In this document: positions 52,133 through 62,611 of the stretch, piece by piece
How positions within the stretch are numbered: position 1 is the first letter of the stretch
Layout of the letters: each line of letters begins with the position of its first letter
Origin: an uncultured Nitrospirales bacterium
GTDB lineage: Bacteria > Nitrospirota > Nitrospiria > Nitrospirales > NS-4
DNA length: 64,000 bases
Direction: 5' to 3'
Assembly: GCA_964610095.1 (NCBI GenBank)
Contig: CAZSUT010000002.1
Span: 27,027 to 91,026, forward strand
Notes under the pieces: model-generated
Database searches by the model: none
Seen by the model: only the letters and a program-made list of their open reading frames with translations
What the model was told of the DNA's origin: nothing
Translations under genes and position numbers: made by a program

Positions 52133-54826
52133 TCAACGCTTCTCGATCGCAACACGGGTGAACTTGAACGCCGGCACGCCCGTAGTCGGATCGACGACGC
52201 ACTCGATCAAATCTTTTATGAGTGGCTCATTATAATGTTCGGGGAAGAAGCACGTCCCCCGCGCGAGATCGTGATTCGGCTCAGTCCGCAGCTCGACGGT
52301 GCCTCGCGCCGAGGTCACACGCACCACGTCCTGGAGGCCCAGCTGCAGCTGCGAGAGGTCCTCCGGGTTCATCTGCAGGCTGCCCTTGCTGGGATAGAAC
52401 TGGACCAGACCCGACGCGCGCGTCGAGAGCTTGCCCGAATGGTAGAGCACTTGCCCGATGGTCAACGCGAAGGGCCGCGCCGCCTGATCGGCCTCGGCGC
52501 CTGCAGCGTAACGCGCCGCGACCTCGCGGACGTAGCCGTTGCGCAGGTAGTCTTCCGGTCGGGCCGTGACTGGCCGGGGTTCGCCGAGATTGTAGTACCC
52601 CGGTAGGAGCTTCATGATCTCCCGCTGGACGTCCTGCGCCGCTTCGTACTCCATCGGATACCCCAACGCCGTGCCCAGCGCCGCGAAGATCTCCCAGTCC
52701 GGGCGGGCCTCTTCGTACGGCTCCAGCGCGGGACGGACCCGATTCACCTTCCCTTCCAGGTTGGTGAAGGTGCCGTCCTTCTCGGCGAAGGTGGTCGCCG
52801 GGAGCACGACGTGCGCGAGTCGCCCGGTCTCGGTCAGGAAGAGGTCCTGGCCGATCAGCAACTCGACCTTCTCCAACGCTTCTCGGACGCCGGTCGAGGC
52901 CGGCAAGGTCGCAAGCGGGTTCTCCCCCACCAGATACAGCGCCTTGATGCGCCCCTCGCGGCAGCGCTTCAAAATCTCCATCAACGTCGCGCTCGGATCA
53001 GGCGGCGGCAGCGAGCAGCGCCACACGGTCGCGAACTTGGCGCGGGCGTTCTCGTCGGCATAGAGCGCCTGCCCCGGCAAGAGCTCCGACGCCACCCCCA
53101 TGTCCACCGCCCCCTGCTCGTTGGCCTCTTCCGGCAGCGCGTTCACGCCGCAACCGGGCCGCGTGAGCTTGCCGGTTACCCAGGCGAGGTCCACGAGGTT
53201 CAAGACGCCCGCATAGCCGTCGACCTGACGCGTCACGCCCTCGGCGCACAGGATCACGGCCTTCGGCGCCTCGGCGTAGAGTCGGACCGCATCGACCGCC
53301 ACCGCCCGCGACACGCCGGTCCTGGCCGTTAGGACCTCCCACGACAGTCCAGCCACCGCGGCCTTCAACGCGGCAAAGGCCTCCGGCGCGGCGGTCGTGG
53401 CGGCCTCGTCCACCAGTTCCTCCTCGACCGCGGCCTTGACCAGCGCCTGGATGAACCACCGCTCGCTCCCCGCCACGATCGGCAACGGATGTGAGGCGAG
53501 CTTTGCGATGTTGGTCATCCGCGACGTGGCGACGATCACCTGTGCGCCATACACGCGGAACGCCTCTTTCACCCGCAGGCTGGCGACCGGATTGGTCTCG
53601 GTGATGTCGGTCCCGATGAGTAGGAGCACGTCGGCTTTCGTGATCTCTTCGTAGCCGTTCATCATCCGGCCAACGCCAGCGGCGTGCTGGAGGGCCAGCG
53701 TGAAGTTCAGATGGCCGTAGCGGGCGCTGCTGTCCACCTGATTGGTGCCGATCGCCGCGCGCATCAGTTTCTGGAACAGGTAGAGTTCCTCGTTCGTGCA
53801 ACGGGCAGTGATGAGTCCCGCGATCGCGTTGGGGCCGTGCTGGGCCTTGATGGCCTTCAGCCGCCCGACCACCGTGTCCATGACTTCAAACCAGGAGCGC
53901 GGCGCGAACCCCTCCTCCGTGCGGACCATGGGCATGCCCAGCCGTTCTTTGCTGTCGATGTACTGGTACCCGAAGCGGCCGCGCACGCACAGGCCTCCGT
54001 GTCCCTCGGCGGTCTCCGCGCGATCGCCCCATTTGTTCTTCCAGGAGAGCGGCGACGTCACCCGCTGGACGTCCTTACCGCTGGTCTCGATGGACATCTG
54101 GCAGCCGTCTGCGCAGTAGGCACACGTGCTCGTCGTCTTCTTCAACTGCCACGGTTTGTAGACGTACTTGGAATACTTGTTCGTGATGGCGCCCACAGGA
54201 CAGACCGCCAGGCAGTCCCCGCAGAACTCGCAGACGAGGCCCTTGTCCCCCTTCGCCACCACGTGGGTGGTGCCCTCTTTCTTGAAGAACTGCAAGGCGT
54301 CCACCATCTGCACGTCCTTGCAGATGTTGATGCATTCCCCGCACAGGATGCAGCGGTTCATGTTGAAGTCGAGCACGAGGCTGCGCCGGTCCTCAGGCAG
54401 GCCCTTGGGCTTGGCGTTGACGAGGTTCGTGACGCCGTGCTGGAAGGCCATGTCTTGCAACTCGCAGTGGCCGTCGGCGTCGCAGACCGGGCAGTCCAGA
54501 GGGTGGATCGTGAGGTGCTTCTCCACCGCCTTCTTGCGGGCCAGAAAGAGATCCTCTCCCTCGCACCGCACCACCATGCCCGCCTCGGCCTTGGCGGTGC
54601 AGGACCGCACCGGCGCCTTCTTGCCTTCGACCATCACCAGGCACATCCCACAGGAGCCGAACGGATCGAAGGTGTAGTGATAGCACATGGCCGGAATGAT
54701 CTTGCCGGTCTGGGAGATGACGTCGTAGAGCGACACGCCCCCTTTGGCCTGCACCGGCTGCCCGTCAATGGTCAGCTCGATCGACGGGGCTTCGACATCG
54801 GGGGAGGTGACTGGTTTCAACGCCAT
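52133..54826 (-). CDS. nuoG: NADH-quinone oxidoreductase subunit G-like (2Fe-2S, His-ligated 4Fe-4S, 2x 4Fe-4S, molybdopterin-oxidoreductase domain)
   Basis: SCGMCLV...C, HPLDCPVCDADGHCELQ, CILCGECINIC, CEFCGDCLAVCP and CAYCADGC, then a long MopB-type domain. 897 aa. Confidence 0.85.
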   Translation of the reverse strand: MALKPVTSPDVEAPSIELTIDGQPVQAKGGVSLYDVISQTGKIIPAMCYHYTFDPFGSCGMCLVMVEGKKAPVRSCTAKAEAGMVVRCEGEDLFLARKKAVEKHLTIHPLDCPVCDADGHCELQDMAFQHGVTNLVNAKPKGLPEDRRSLVLDFNMNRCILCGECINICKDVQMVDALQFFKKEGTTHVVAKGDKGLVCEFCGDCLAVCPVGAITNKYSKYVYKPWQLKKTTSTCAYCADGCQMSIETSGKDVQRVTSPLSWKNKWGDRAETAEGHGGLCVRGRFGYQYIDSKERLGMPMVRTEEGFAPRSWFEVMDTVVGRLKAIKAQHGPNAIAGLITARCTNEELYLFQKLMRAAIGTNQVDSSARYGHLNFTLALQHAAGVGRMMNGYEEITKADVLLLIGTDITETNPVASLRVKEAFRVYGAQVIVATSRMTNIAKLASHPLPIVAGSERWFIQALVKAAVEEELVDEAATTAAPEAFAALKAAVAGLSWEVLTARTGVSRAVAVDAVRLYAEAPKAVILCAEGVTRQVDGYAGVLNLVDLAWVTGKLTRPGCGVNALPEEANEQGAVDMGVASELLPGQALYADENARAKFATVWRCSLPPPDPSATLMEILKRCREGRIKALYLVGENPLATLPASTGVREALEKVELLIGQDLFLTETGRLAHVVLPATTFAEKDGTFTNLEGKVNRVRPALEPYEEARPDWEIFAALGTALGYPMEYEAAQDVQREIMKLLPGYYNLGEPRPVTARPEDYLRNGYVREVAARYAAGAEADQAARPFALTIGQVLYHSGKLSTRASGLVQFYPSKGSLQMNPEDLSQLQLGLQDVVRVTSARGTVELRTEPNHDLARGTCFFPEHYNEPLIKDLIECVVDPTTGVPAFKFTRVAIEKR

Positions 54827-54839
54827 GACTGCATTCCCT

Positions 54840-56090
54840 TCAGCGGTCGCACTCGCCCATCACAATGTCGTACGTGCCGAAGATCGTCACGATGTCGGCG
54901 ATCATGTAGCCGCGCGCCATGTAGTCGAACGCCCCCATGTGAATGAAGGAAGGGGCGCGAATCTTCAACCGGTAGGGCTTCCCCTCGCCGTTGCTGACGA
55001 TGTAGAACCCCAGCTCGCCCTTGGCGGCCTCGGTCCCGCAATAGATCTCCCCCTTCGGGGCCTCAAAACCCTGGGAGAACAGCTTGAACTGCTGGATCAT
55101 GCTGGCCAGGTCATTGAAGACTTTGTCCTTGGGGGGCAACGTCACGCTCGGCACGTCGGCCATGACCGGCCCGTCGGGAATCTTCTCCAGGAGCTGCTTG
55201 ACCATGTTCCGGCTCTGCCGCATCTCCTCGACGCGGACCCAGTACCGGTCGTACGTGTCGCCGTTCTTGCCGACCGGCACGCTCCACTCGCAGTCGCCGT
55301 ACGCGGCGTAGGGCTCGAACTTGCGCAGGTCGTAGTCCACGCCGGACCCGCGCAGCGTCGGCCCGCTCAATCCAAAGTTGACGGCGTCCTCGGCCGAGAT
55401 CACCGCCACGCCCTTGGTGCGGGAGAGCCAGATCCGGTTGGTGTTCAAGAAGGTGACATACTCCTCCAGCTTCGGCGGGAAGTAATCGCAGAACCGGCGC
55501 AGCTTTTCGACCAGGTCCGGCGTGAAGTCCCGTTCGACACCTCCGATCCGGTACCAGCTCGTGGTCAGCCGTGCCCCGCAGAGCTCGTCGAAGAAGTCCA
55601 AGAGGATCTCCCTGTCGCGGAAAGTGTAGAAGAACACCGTCATCGCGCCGATGTCCAGCGCCTGCGTGCCGAGCCAGAACAGGTGCCCGATGATCCGCTG
55701 CACCTCGGCCACGATCGTGCGCAGGGACTCCGCGCGCGGAGGGACTTTTAAATCCAGCAGCTTCTCTACGGCCCGGCAGTAGGCGAAGTTGTTGTACATC
55801 GCGCAGACGTAGTCTAGGCGGTCCGTGTGGGGGATGAACTGATGGTAAGTGCCGTCCTCCGCCAGCTTCTCCACGCCCCGGTGCAGAAACCCCATGACCG
55901 GCGTCGCCTTGACGATCCGCTCGCCCTCCAGGGACAGCACCACCTTCAGCACGCCGTGCGTGCTGGGGTGCTGGGGCCCCATGTTGAGCATCATCTCCTC
56001 GGTGCGCAGCGTCGGCAGCGTCGGATTCGCCGGATGCTCCCGGTCGTCCTTATAGACGGTAGTGCGCTGATCTTCTAACGGCTGTGGCAT
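54840..56090 (-). CDS. nuoD: NADH-quinone oxidoreductase subunit D
   Basis: MMLNMGPQHPSTHGVLK...LEGE. The C-terminus is DIVMGECDR. Confidence 0.95.
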   Translation of the reverse strand: MPQPLEDQRTTVYKDDREHPANPTLPTLRTEEMMLNMGPQHPSTHGVLKVVLSLEGERIVKATPVMGFLHRGVEKLAEDGTYHQFIPHTDRLDYVCAMYNNFAYCRAVEKLLDLKVPPRAESLRTIVAEVQRIIGHLFWLGTQALDIGAMTVFFYTFRDREILLDFFDELCGARLTTSWYRIGGVERDFTPDLVEKLRRFCDYFPPKLEEYVTFLNTNRIWLSRTKGVAVISAEDAVNFGLSGPTLRGSGVDYDLRKFEPYAAYGDCEWSVPVGKNGDTYDRYWVRVEEMRQSRNMVKQLLEKIPDGPVMADVPSVTLPPKDKVFNDLASMIQQFKLFSQGFEAPKGEIYCGTEAAKGELGFYIVSNGEGKPYRLKIRAPSFIHMGAFDYMARGYMIADIVTIFGTYDIVMGECDR

Positions 56091-56096
56091 GGGTCC

Positions 56097-56594
56097 TTAA
56101 CCGGTCTTCTCGCCGATGAAGGTGAACGTGTCGCGCCACCCCTTGCCGCGCGCGGGGAAATCCTTCCGCAAGGGATAGCCTTCCGGGAAATCATCCGGGA
56201 GCAGGACCCGCACGAGGTTTGGATGGTTCCGGAACCGGATCCCCATCATGTCGTACACCTCGCGCTCCATGAAATCGGCGCCCTTCCAGATGTCCGTCAT
56301 GGAATCGACCACGCAATCGTCTTCCGGTACCCGGGTCTTCACGCGGATCCGCTGCTTGCGCCGGATCGAGTAGAACTCATAAACGACCTCGAACCGCTCG
56401 GGGTGGTCCGGCCAATCCACGGAGCTCACGTGGACGATGTAGTCGTAATCCAGCCCGGGATCGCCGTGCAGATACCGGCAGACCGCGTGCAGGCGATCCC
56501 GCTTCACCTGGAGGGTCAGGTCGCCCCGCCACTCGACGGCCCTCTGGACGGCTTCGGGGAAGGCCTGCTGGATCTTCTGGGTGTCGGGGTGCAC
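56097..56594 (-). CDS. nuoC: NADH-quinone oxidoreductase subunit C
   Basis: FEVVYEFYS...REVYDMMGIRFRNHPNL. The GTG start at 56594 lies 2 nt after the nuoB stop. The ORF-track N-terminus to 56870 is rejected. Confidence 0.85.
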   Translation of the reverse strand: MHPDTQKIQQAFPEAVQRAVEWRGDLTLQVKRDRLHAVCRYLHGDPGLDYDYIVHVSSVDWPDHPERFEVVYEFYSIRRKQRIRVKTRVPEDDCVVDSMTDIWKGADFMEREVYDMMGIRFRNHPNLVRVLLPDDFPEGYPLRKDFPARGKGWRDTFTFIGEKTG

Positions 56595-56596
56595 GG

Positions 56597-57138
<542 letters not shown>

Positions 57139-57148
<10 letters not shown>

Positions 57149-57540
57149 TCCAGCGCCCCTTTCTTCCAGGCATAGACATAACCGACGACGAACAGCGCGA
57201 TGAAGATCAACATCTCCACCATGCCGATCACGCCGATCCGGTTGAACGCGATGGCCCACGGGTACAGAAACACGATTTCAATGTCGAAGATCACGAACAG
57301 CATCGCGATGATGTAGTAGCGGACCGGAAACGGCATCCGCGCATCGGAGAAGGGTTCGCTCCCGCACTCGTACGGGCTGAGCTTTTCCGGGTCAGGCAGT
57401 TTGGGCTGGAGAAAGTGACTCAGGACCAGCGTGCCTGCCCCGAACGCAAACGCCACCCCGATGAACACCAGGATCGGGAAATAATTCGAGAGATAGGACA
57501 GCAGATGCGCTGTACCGTTCACTTTTTCGCCCCCTAACAC
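57139..57540 (-). CDS. nuoA: NADH-quinone oxidoreductase subunit A
   Basis: [12 protein letters not shown] and [22 protein letters not shown] start (an alternative GTG is at 57522). Confidence 0.85.
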
Positions 57541-57870
57541 AAAGACTTACAATGGAAAAAAGAGTCTAACATCGCGTTTTCAAACAAAGCAAGCAACCAA
57601 AAGACCTAGAAACCGCGCTGTTGGATGGGCCTTACGGCTTCACAGACGGTGCCCGGCGGGCTAGTTTCTCCAGCCGGGTACGAAGATCCCCTGGCGGCTG
57701 GCCTGAACCTGCCTCCCATTGCTCCGTCAGTGGTTCAGCCGTTTTTGTCCTTCGATGGATTTGCGTACGGACCCGCTTGGGTGTGGTCTTGCCGTAGTCA
57801 GGTGGGTCCGGCTGGTTGGTCAATGTCCTTTGATCAAGCTTGGCCATGCCGCTCTTTCTTCCATTACCCC

Positions 57871-58365
57871 CTACAAAGGCTGTCCCGATCGCCCTGGTGG
57901 AGCCAGCGGCATGGGCACCGGCCCGCGTGGTCCCTCACCCGGCGTCATCGGGTCGTAGAGCCGTTCGTTCCCGTTGATGCCGTCTTCTTCCACGTCAATC
58001 CACATCTCGCCCTTGCCCGGTTCGAACTCCCCGTTGCCGTCAAGGTCCACCCAGTAAAAGAGCGGATGGGCAAACGTGATGGCGACCTCATAACCGTACT
58101 GGTTGACTGACACCTTATACGTACGGCGAGCCGTCATGAAATCCGGCTTGCTCTCCTGGCTTGCCAGCTTGAAGACGCGGAAGAACATGTTGTTCCGCCA
58201 GTCGTAGTAGGCGTCCACTTCACGGCGGTCGAATTCATCGGGCTCCGTAGGCAACGCGTATCCAGAAGGCGGCAGACTGGCCCCTCTCTGCTCCGCTGAC
58301 TCAAGCATCACGGGAATGACACAGAGAAAGACTGCCACGCTGATTGTGCAGAACATGCATCGCAT
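57871..58365 (-). CDS. Hypothetical secreted protein
   Basis: Signal peptide MRCMFCTISVAVFLCVIPVMLESA. The overlapping plus-strand ORF 57625..58110 is Pro/Trp/Arg-rich and is rejected. Confidence 0.45.
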   Translation of the reverse strand: MRCMFCTISVAVFLCVIPVMLESAEQRGASLPPSGYALPTEPDEFDRREVDAYYDWRNNMFFRVFKLASQESKPDFMTARRTYKVSVNQYGYEVAITFAHPLFYWVDLDGNGEFEPGKGEMWIDVEEDGINGNERLYDPMTPGEGPRGPVPMPLAPPGRSGQPL

Positions 58366-58469
58366 GATTATACGGTACCATCATCGTAACCCCTCGTCAA
58401 TCAAGAGTTTTATCTTGACTTCTATTCGATATCTGCTATGCTCCCCTTAGTGTGAACTTGGAGGCTGGC

Positions 58470-59696
58470 ATGAGAATACCACGACAGAAGCGGGCATGGG
58501 TGCAGGTCTTGGTCGTCGCATGGGTGCTGAGTCTTCCGGCAGGAGCCGCCACTCCGAGCTTTGCTGAAGACGCTCCTGCACCGCCAACTTCGACCTTGGC
58601 GGGCGAGCCTGCCATCGCCTTTCAGGGCGGGTACCTCAAATTCTCCGAGCAAGTCTCCGGCCTGGTAGTTGGCTCGCGCGAATCCAAACAGCTCTTCGGG
58701 ATGGGCGATGTCCTCTACATCCGGGTGATGCCGGATGCGAACGTGAAGGTCGGCGACCGGCTCACCCTCTACCGCCCCACAAAGCAGGTCTACCATCCGG
58801 TCACGCGGGCCCCATTGGGACAGATCATGGCCATACTAGGCATTCTCCAAGTCACGACCGAAACCAAGGAGAACGTAGTTTCGACTCGCATCGAACGCGC
58901 CTTCGACTCGATCTCGCCTGGCGATCTTGTGATGCCGTTCCAGTTCCCCGCAGAGGTGCCAGCCCAGCAGGCGACCAGCGGGCCTCTCACAGGAGTGCTC
59001 GTGGACTTCAAGCAGGCGCGCCAGGTCACCGCACAGTCGGAAATCGTCTACATCGACCGGGGTGAGACGGACGGCGTCGCGCTGGGAGACCGCTTCAGCG
59101 TGATCCGTCCGGGCCGCCGGCTCTCCTTCATGACCAAGAAACCGGACGTGGTGCTCGCCGAGATCAAAGTCATCGGGCTGCAGCCACGGACCGCGACCGC
59201 CTATGTGGTGAAGAGCACTGACGCCATCCATCGGGGAGACATCGTGAGCCGCATGACGCCCCCGTCGTCGCCAGTCAAGGAGGTGCCGAAAGCAGAGGGC
59301 GCACCCCCAGCTGTCGCCAAAGTGACGCCGCCTGAAGCGCCCACGCCAGCGCCGCCCCTCCCGAAGAGCCTCGAGGACGTCTACTTCGACTTCGACAAGT
59401 GGGCGCTGACGGATCAGGCCAAGAAGACCCTCATGGCACAAGCCGACCTCCTCAAGCAGAACGCGAATGCTGCGATTACCATCGAGGGGTACGCCGACGA
59501 GCGGGGAAGCACGGAATATAACCGCATCTTAGGGGAAAAACGGGCCCTGGAAGTCCGCCGCTTCCTCACGGAGTTGGGGGTCAGCAATCCCGTCACGGTC
59601 ATCAGCTTTGGAAAGGACAAGCCGTTCTGCACCGAGAAGGATGAGGCCTGCTACACGCAGAACCGTCGCGTACATCTCGTGGTCGCCGGCAACTGA
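58470..59696 (+). CDS. OmpA/Pal-family peptidoglycan-binding protein with a large N-terminal domain and a Pro-rich linker
   Basis: The C-terminus reads VYFDFDKWALTDQAKKTL...ITIEGYADERGSTEYNRILGEKRALEVRRFL. The ATG at 58470 follows GGAGG. Confidence 0.85.
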   Translation: MRIPRQKRAWVQVLVVAWVLSLPAGAATPSFAEDAPAPPTSTLAGEPAIAFQGGYLKFSEQVSGLVVGSRESKQLFGMGDVLYIRVMPDANVKVGDRLTLYRPTKQVYHPVTRAPLGQIMAILGILQVTTETKENVVSTRIERAFDSISPGDLVMPFQFPAEVPAQQATSGPLTGVLVDFKQARQVTAQSEIVYIDRGETDGVALGDRFSVIRPGRRLSFMTKKPDVVLAEIKVIGLQPRTATAYVVKSTDAIHRGDIVSRMTPPSSPVKEVPKAEGAPPAVAKVTPPEAPTPAPPLPKSLEDVYFDFDKWALTDQAKKTLMAQADLLKQNANAAITIEGYADERGSTEYNRILGEKRALEVRRFLTELGVSNPVTVISFGKDKPFCTEKDEACYTQNRRVHLVVAGN

Positions 59697-59737
59697 TTTA
59701 CATTTTGCTTCTACCTCGATTGAGGTTAAGGCATCGC

Positions 59738-60025
59738 ATGTTCCGACGAACGGCAATCGCCATCATCTGTGCCCTCTCCCTGACCGTGACAACAGTGCTG
59801 GCCGGAGACCAATTCGTCGGCGAGGTCCTGAAAGTCGACACGGCGGCGAGCAAGCTGACTGTCAAGAAGCCGGACGGGAACCGGTTCACCTTCGTCGTGA
59901 ACGCCAAGACGGCCTTCACGGGAAGCCGCAAGTCCCTGAGCGACCTGGCCAAGGGAGACCAGGTGACCGTCGAGTTTCAGACCGGCAGCGGCCAGTACAC
60001 CGCTTTAAAGGTGACCTCTCAGTAA
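59738..60025 (+). CDS. Small secreted protein (hypothetical)
   Basis: Signal peptide MFRRTAIAIICALSLTVTTVLA. The roughly 75-aa mature part is beta-rich. Confidence 0.45.
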   Translation: MFRRTAIAIICALSLTVTTVLAGDQFVGEVLKVDTAASKLTVKKPDGNRFTFVVNAKTAFTGSRKSLSDLAKGDQVTVEFQTGSGQYTALKVTSQ

Positions 60026-60035
60026 CACGCATGCC

Positions 60036-62078
60036 TTGGCCGCCGACGCCCCGCTGTACCTTCAGGTAGCCGTCCCCCGCCGTCTCTCTCGCGTCTTCAC
60101 GTACGCCGTCCCGTCCGGCGATCCAGGTCCCTGGATACCCGGCATGCGCGTCCGCGTCCCGTTCGGCCGGAGCACGCTGATCGGCTACATCGTAGCGGTC
60201 ACACCTCACGCCGACACCGACGGGAAGCCTGCGCGGATCCGAGAAGTCCTCGCACGGGTGGACGAGAAACCCAGCATCCCGCCCGACCTCCTTGCACTGG
60301 TCCAATGGATTTCGGAGCGGTACCTGGCCCCGTTGGGTCAGTGCCTGCGTCTCGCGTTCCATGGCGCCCCCGACAAGACACGCTCCGCCGCACGGACGAA
60401 ACGCGCGGACAGTATTCCCTCGGTCACTCCTGGGCCCGCCGCCGATCAGTCCACGTTTAACGTTAATCGTTCAACGTTAAACGAAAGGCTTGCCCCGCTC
60501 CGCGCGAAGGTCTTAGCCGCCCTTGTCCACCATCGCCCGGAACGTATCTTCCTACCCGCGGCCACCTACGAGTTGGGGGAACTCTACGGCAACGCTGTCG
60601 AGGCGACGTTGGAGCAGGGACGGACCGCGCTCGTGCTACTCCCTGAAGTCGCACGCGTGGAGGCGAGCCAAGGCGTTTTCCTGTCTCGTTGGGGACGTCG
60701 CTGCCAGATGTACCATGGGGGCCTTCCTCCCGGAGCGCGTCGGAAGGCGTGGGCCCGCATCCAGCAGGGCGAAGCGTCCGTCGTGGTGGGCACCCGTTCA
60801 GCCGTCTTGGCCCCCCTTGCCCGTCTGGGACTCATCGTCATCGACCAGGAGGACCATCCCGCCTACAAGGCGGAAAACGTGCCCCGTTACGATGCGCGGA
60901 CCGTGGCCGACGAACGCGCCAGGCGAGCCGGGGCCGTGCTCGTGCTGGCCTCCGCACATCCTTCCCTGGCAACCGTGCACGCAGTCGGTTCAGAAGTCCT
61001 GCTGCTCCGTGCGAGCCCCGACGGGGCGCCGCGGGTGACGGTGGTGGACCTGCGTGACGCGCCCTTCGGCACCATACTGAGCCCGCCGCTCACTGAGGCG
61101 ATCGCAGCCTCTCTGGCTGCTGGCAAGAAGGCTCTCCTGTTTCTCAACCGCAAGGGGTATGCCCCGGTACTCCAGTGCCGTGACTGCGGTCAGGCCGTGA
61201 AGTGCCCGGCCTGCGCGGTGGGATGGGTGTACCATAAACACGACGGCCTGCTCCGATGCGGCCATTGCGGCAGAACCGGACAGGTGCCGGAGGCCTGTCC
61301 GTTCTGCTTGGGAGCCCGTCTGCTCCCCTCCGGATTCGGGACCGAGGCCTTAGAAGAAGCGGTGCGAGCCCGATTTCCCGAGGCCCGTGTCGCCCGCCTG
61401 GAACGCGATCGGCCCGGCGGGGATCGCGCCAACGCGGCCATCCTCTCACTGTTGCAGGTCGGAGAGCTCAACATCCTGATCGGCACCCAACTGGTCGTCA
61501 CGCGGTCTCCCCGACCAGTCGTCTCCCTGGTAGGCCTGGTCCATCCCGATGCCGCGTTGAACCTGCCGGACTTCCGGGCGGCCGAACGGGCCTACCACAC
61601 GCTGCGTGAGGTGATGGCCCTGGCCGACGCTAAGGATTCGACCGCTCGCATCGTGATGCAGACCTACATCCCGCAACATCACGTGGTCCGCGCCCTGGCC
61701 GAACGGGATCCCCGGTTCTTCTACGACAACGAATTGGCGGCCAGGAAGGCGCTGGGCTATCCCCCGTTCGGCCAGCTGATCGGATTGCGGGTCAGCGGCA
61801 CCAAGGAGGAACGAGTCGAGACCGTCGCGACCAAGTGGGAGACTCTCTTACGGGCCGAAAGCGCGCGCGCGCGTCCCTCACACTTCGAGATACTGGGCCC
61901 GATCCCCGCCACCCCGTTCCGCGTGCGCGGTCGCGTACGCTGGCAGCTCGTGGTGAAGGGACCGGATGGGACGACGTTGCGGCAGGTTGTGCGGACGACG
62001 CTCGCAGAGTTGGAAAAAGCGGGACGCGCCGGCGGCCTCCGTTACGACATTGACGTCGACCCGCAAAGCTTGCTGTGA
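60036..62078 (+). CDS. priA: Primosomal replication protein N' (PriA helicase)
   Basis: YLQVAVPRRLSRVFTYAVP N-terminus, Zn-finger cluster CRDCGQAVKCPACAVGWVYHKHDGLLRCGHCG...CPFC, and helicase motifs (LIVIDQEDHPAYK). The start is TTG at 60036 and is uncertain. Confidence 0.9.
   Translation: MAADAPLYLQVAVPRRLSRVFTYAVPSGDPGPWIPGMRVRVPFGRSTLIGYIVAVTPHADTDGKPARIREVLARVDEKPSIPPDLLALVQWISERYLAPLGQCLRLAFHGAPDKTRSAARTKRADSIPSVTPGPAADQSTFNVNRSTLNERLAPLRAKVLAALVHHRPERIFLPAATYELGELYGNAVEATLEQGRTALVLLPEVARVEASQGVFLSRWGRRCQMYHGGLPPGARRKAWARIQQGEASVVVGTRSAVLAPLARLGLIVIDQEDHPAYKAENVPRYDARTVADERARRAGAVLVLASAHPSLATVHAVGSEVLLLRASPDGAPRVTVVDLRDAPFGTILSPPLTEAIAASLAAGKKALLFLNRKGYAPVLQCRDCGQAVKCPACAVGWVYHKHDGLLRCGHCGRTGQVPEACPFCLGARLLPSGFGTEALEEAVRARFPEARVARLERDRPGGDRANAAILSLLQVGELNILIGTQLVVTRSPRPVVSLVGLVHPDAALNLPDFRAAERAYHTLREVMALADAKDSTARIVMQTYIPQHHVVRALAERDPRFFYDNELAARKALGYPPFGQLIGLRVSGTKEERVETVATKWETLLRAESARARPSHFEILGPIPATPFRVRGRVRWQLVVKGPDGTTLRQVVRTTLAELEKAGRAGGLRYDIDVDPQSLL
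60452..60486. repeat. Heptad array, 5 x (NNCGTTN): CACGTTT AACGTTA ATCGTTC AACGTTA AACGAAA, inside priA
   Basis: Seen directly. An AT-rich 35-nt block in a GC-rich gene, translated in frame as ..STFNVNRSTLNE.. in the linker between the PriA N-terminal domain and the helicase core. Confidence 0.6.
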
Positions 62079-62082
62079 CGCC

Positions 62083-62179
62083 GTCATTGCGAGGCGAAGC
62101 CGAAGCAATCTCGGGTTACTCAACTACCTGACACATGTAGACGAAGGGATTGCTTCGTCGCCCTGCTCCTCGCAATGAC
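62083..62179. repeat. REP-like imperfect palindrome (GTCATTGCGAGG..CGAAGCAATC / GATTGCTTCG..CCTCGCAATGAC)
   Basis: Two-segment inverted repeat between convergent genes (priA stop at 62078, minus-strand gene stop at 62205). It is a likely structural or terminator element. Confidence 0.55.
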
Positions 62180-62204
62180 AAGATAACAGCTACAGGGGAC
62201 GAGG

Positions 62205-62600
62205 TCACCGCTTGACCGGGGGCTCCTCCGGTGGCTCGCCGCGCTTGATCCAACGAAAGACGCCGTAGGCGAAGGTGAGCCAGAAGGTGGCGAAGATGAC
62301 GCCGAAGACTCCCGCACGAAGCAGTTCTATCGTCTGATCTTCGCTCGGTTCTGCCACACCGCCCAGCTTCAGCTTGATCATCTGCACCACAGGCCAGCTC
62401 AGACTCTCCAGTCCCAGAAACAGACACGCCCACGCCCAGAGGTGCTTGGGCGTGGTCCCCAGCCACACCAGCAGCGCGGTGAAGCCGAGCCCGGCCAGCA
62501 CGGCCCAAGACACCGGGATCGGGTTCCACGCCATCGTGAACCCGAACGTGACCACGACGCCCGCCGCGACGGCATTGAGTTTAAGGGTCCACTCTCTCAT
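62205..62600 (-). CDS. Hypothetical small membrane protein (4 TM)
   Basis: 131-aa hydrophobic ORF. No motif recognised. Confidence 0.5.
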   Translation of the reverse strand: MREWTLKLNAVAAGVVVTFGFTMAWNPIPVSWAVLAGLGFTALLVWLGTTPKHLWAWACLFLGLESLSWPVVQMIKLKLGGVAEPSEDQTIELLRAGVFGVIFATFWLTFAYGVFRWIKRGEPPEEPPVKR

Positions 62601-62611
62601 GGATCTCGTGA

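Noticed and set aside
57625-58110. 161-aa plus-strand ORF upstream of nuoA.
   Set aside because: It overlaps the minus-strand ORF 57871..58365, which has a credible signal peptide. The plus-strand product is Pro/Trp/Ser-rich and begins in the nuoA promoter region without a Shine-Dalgarno.
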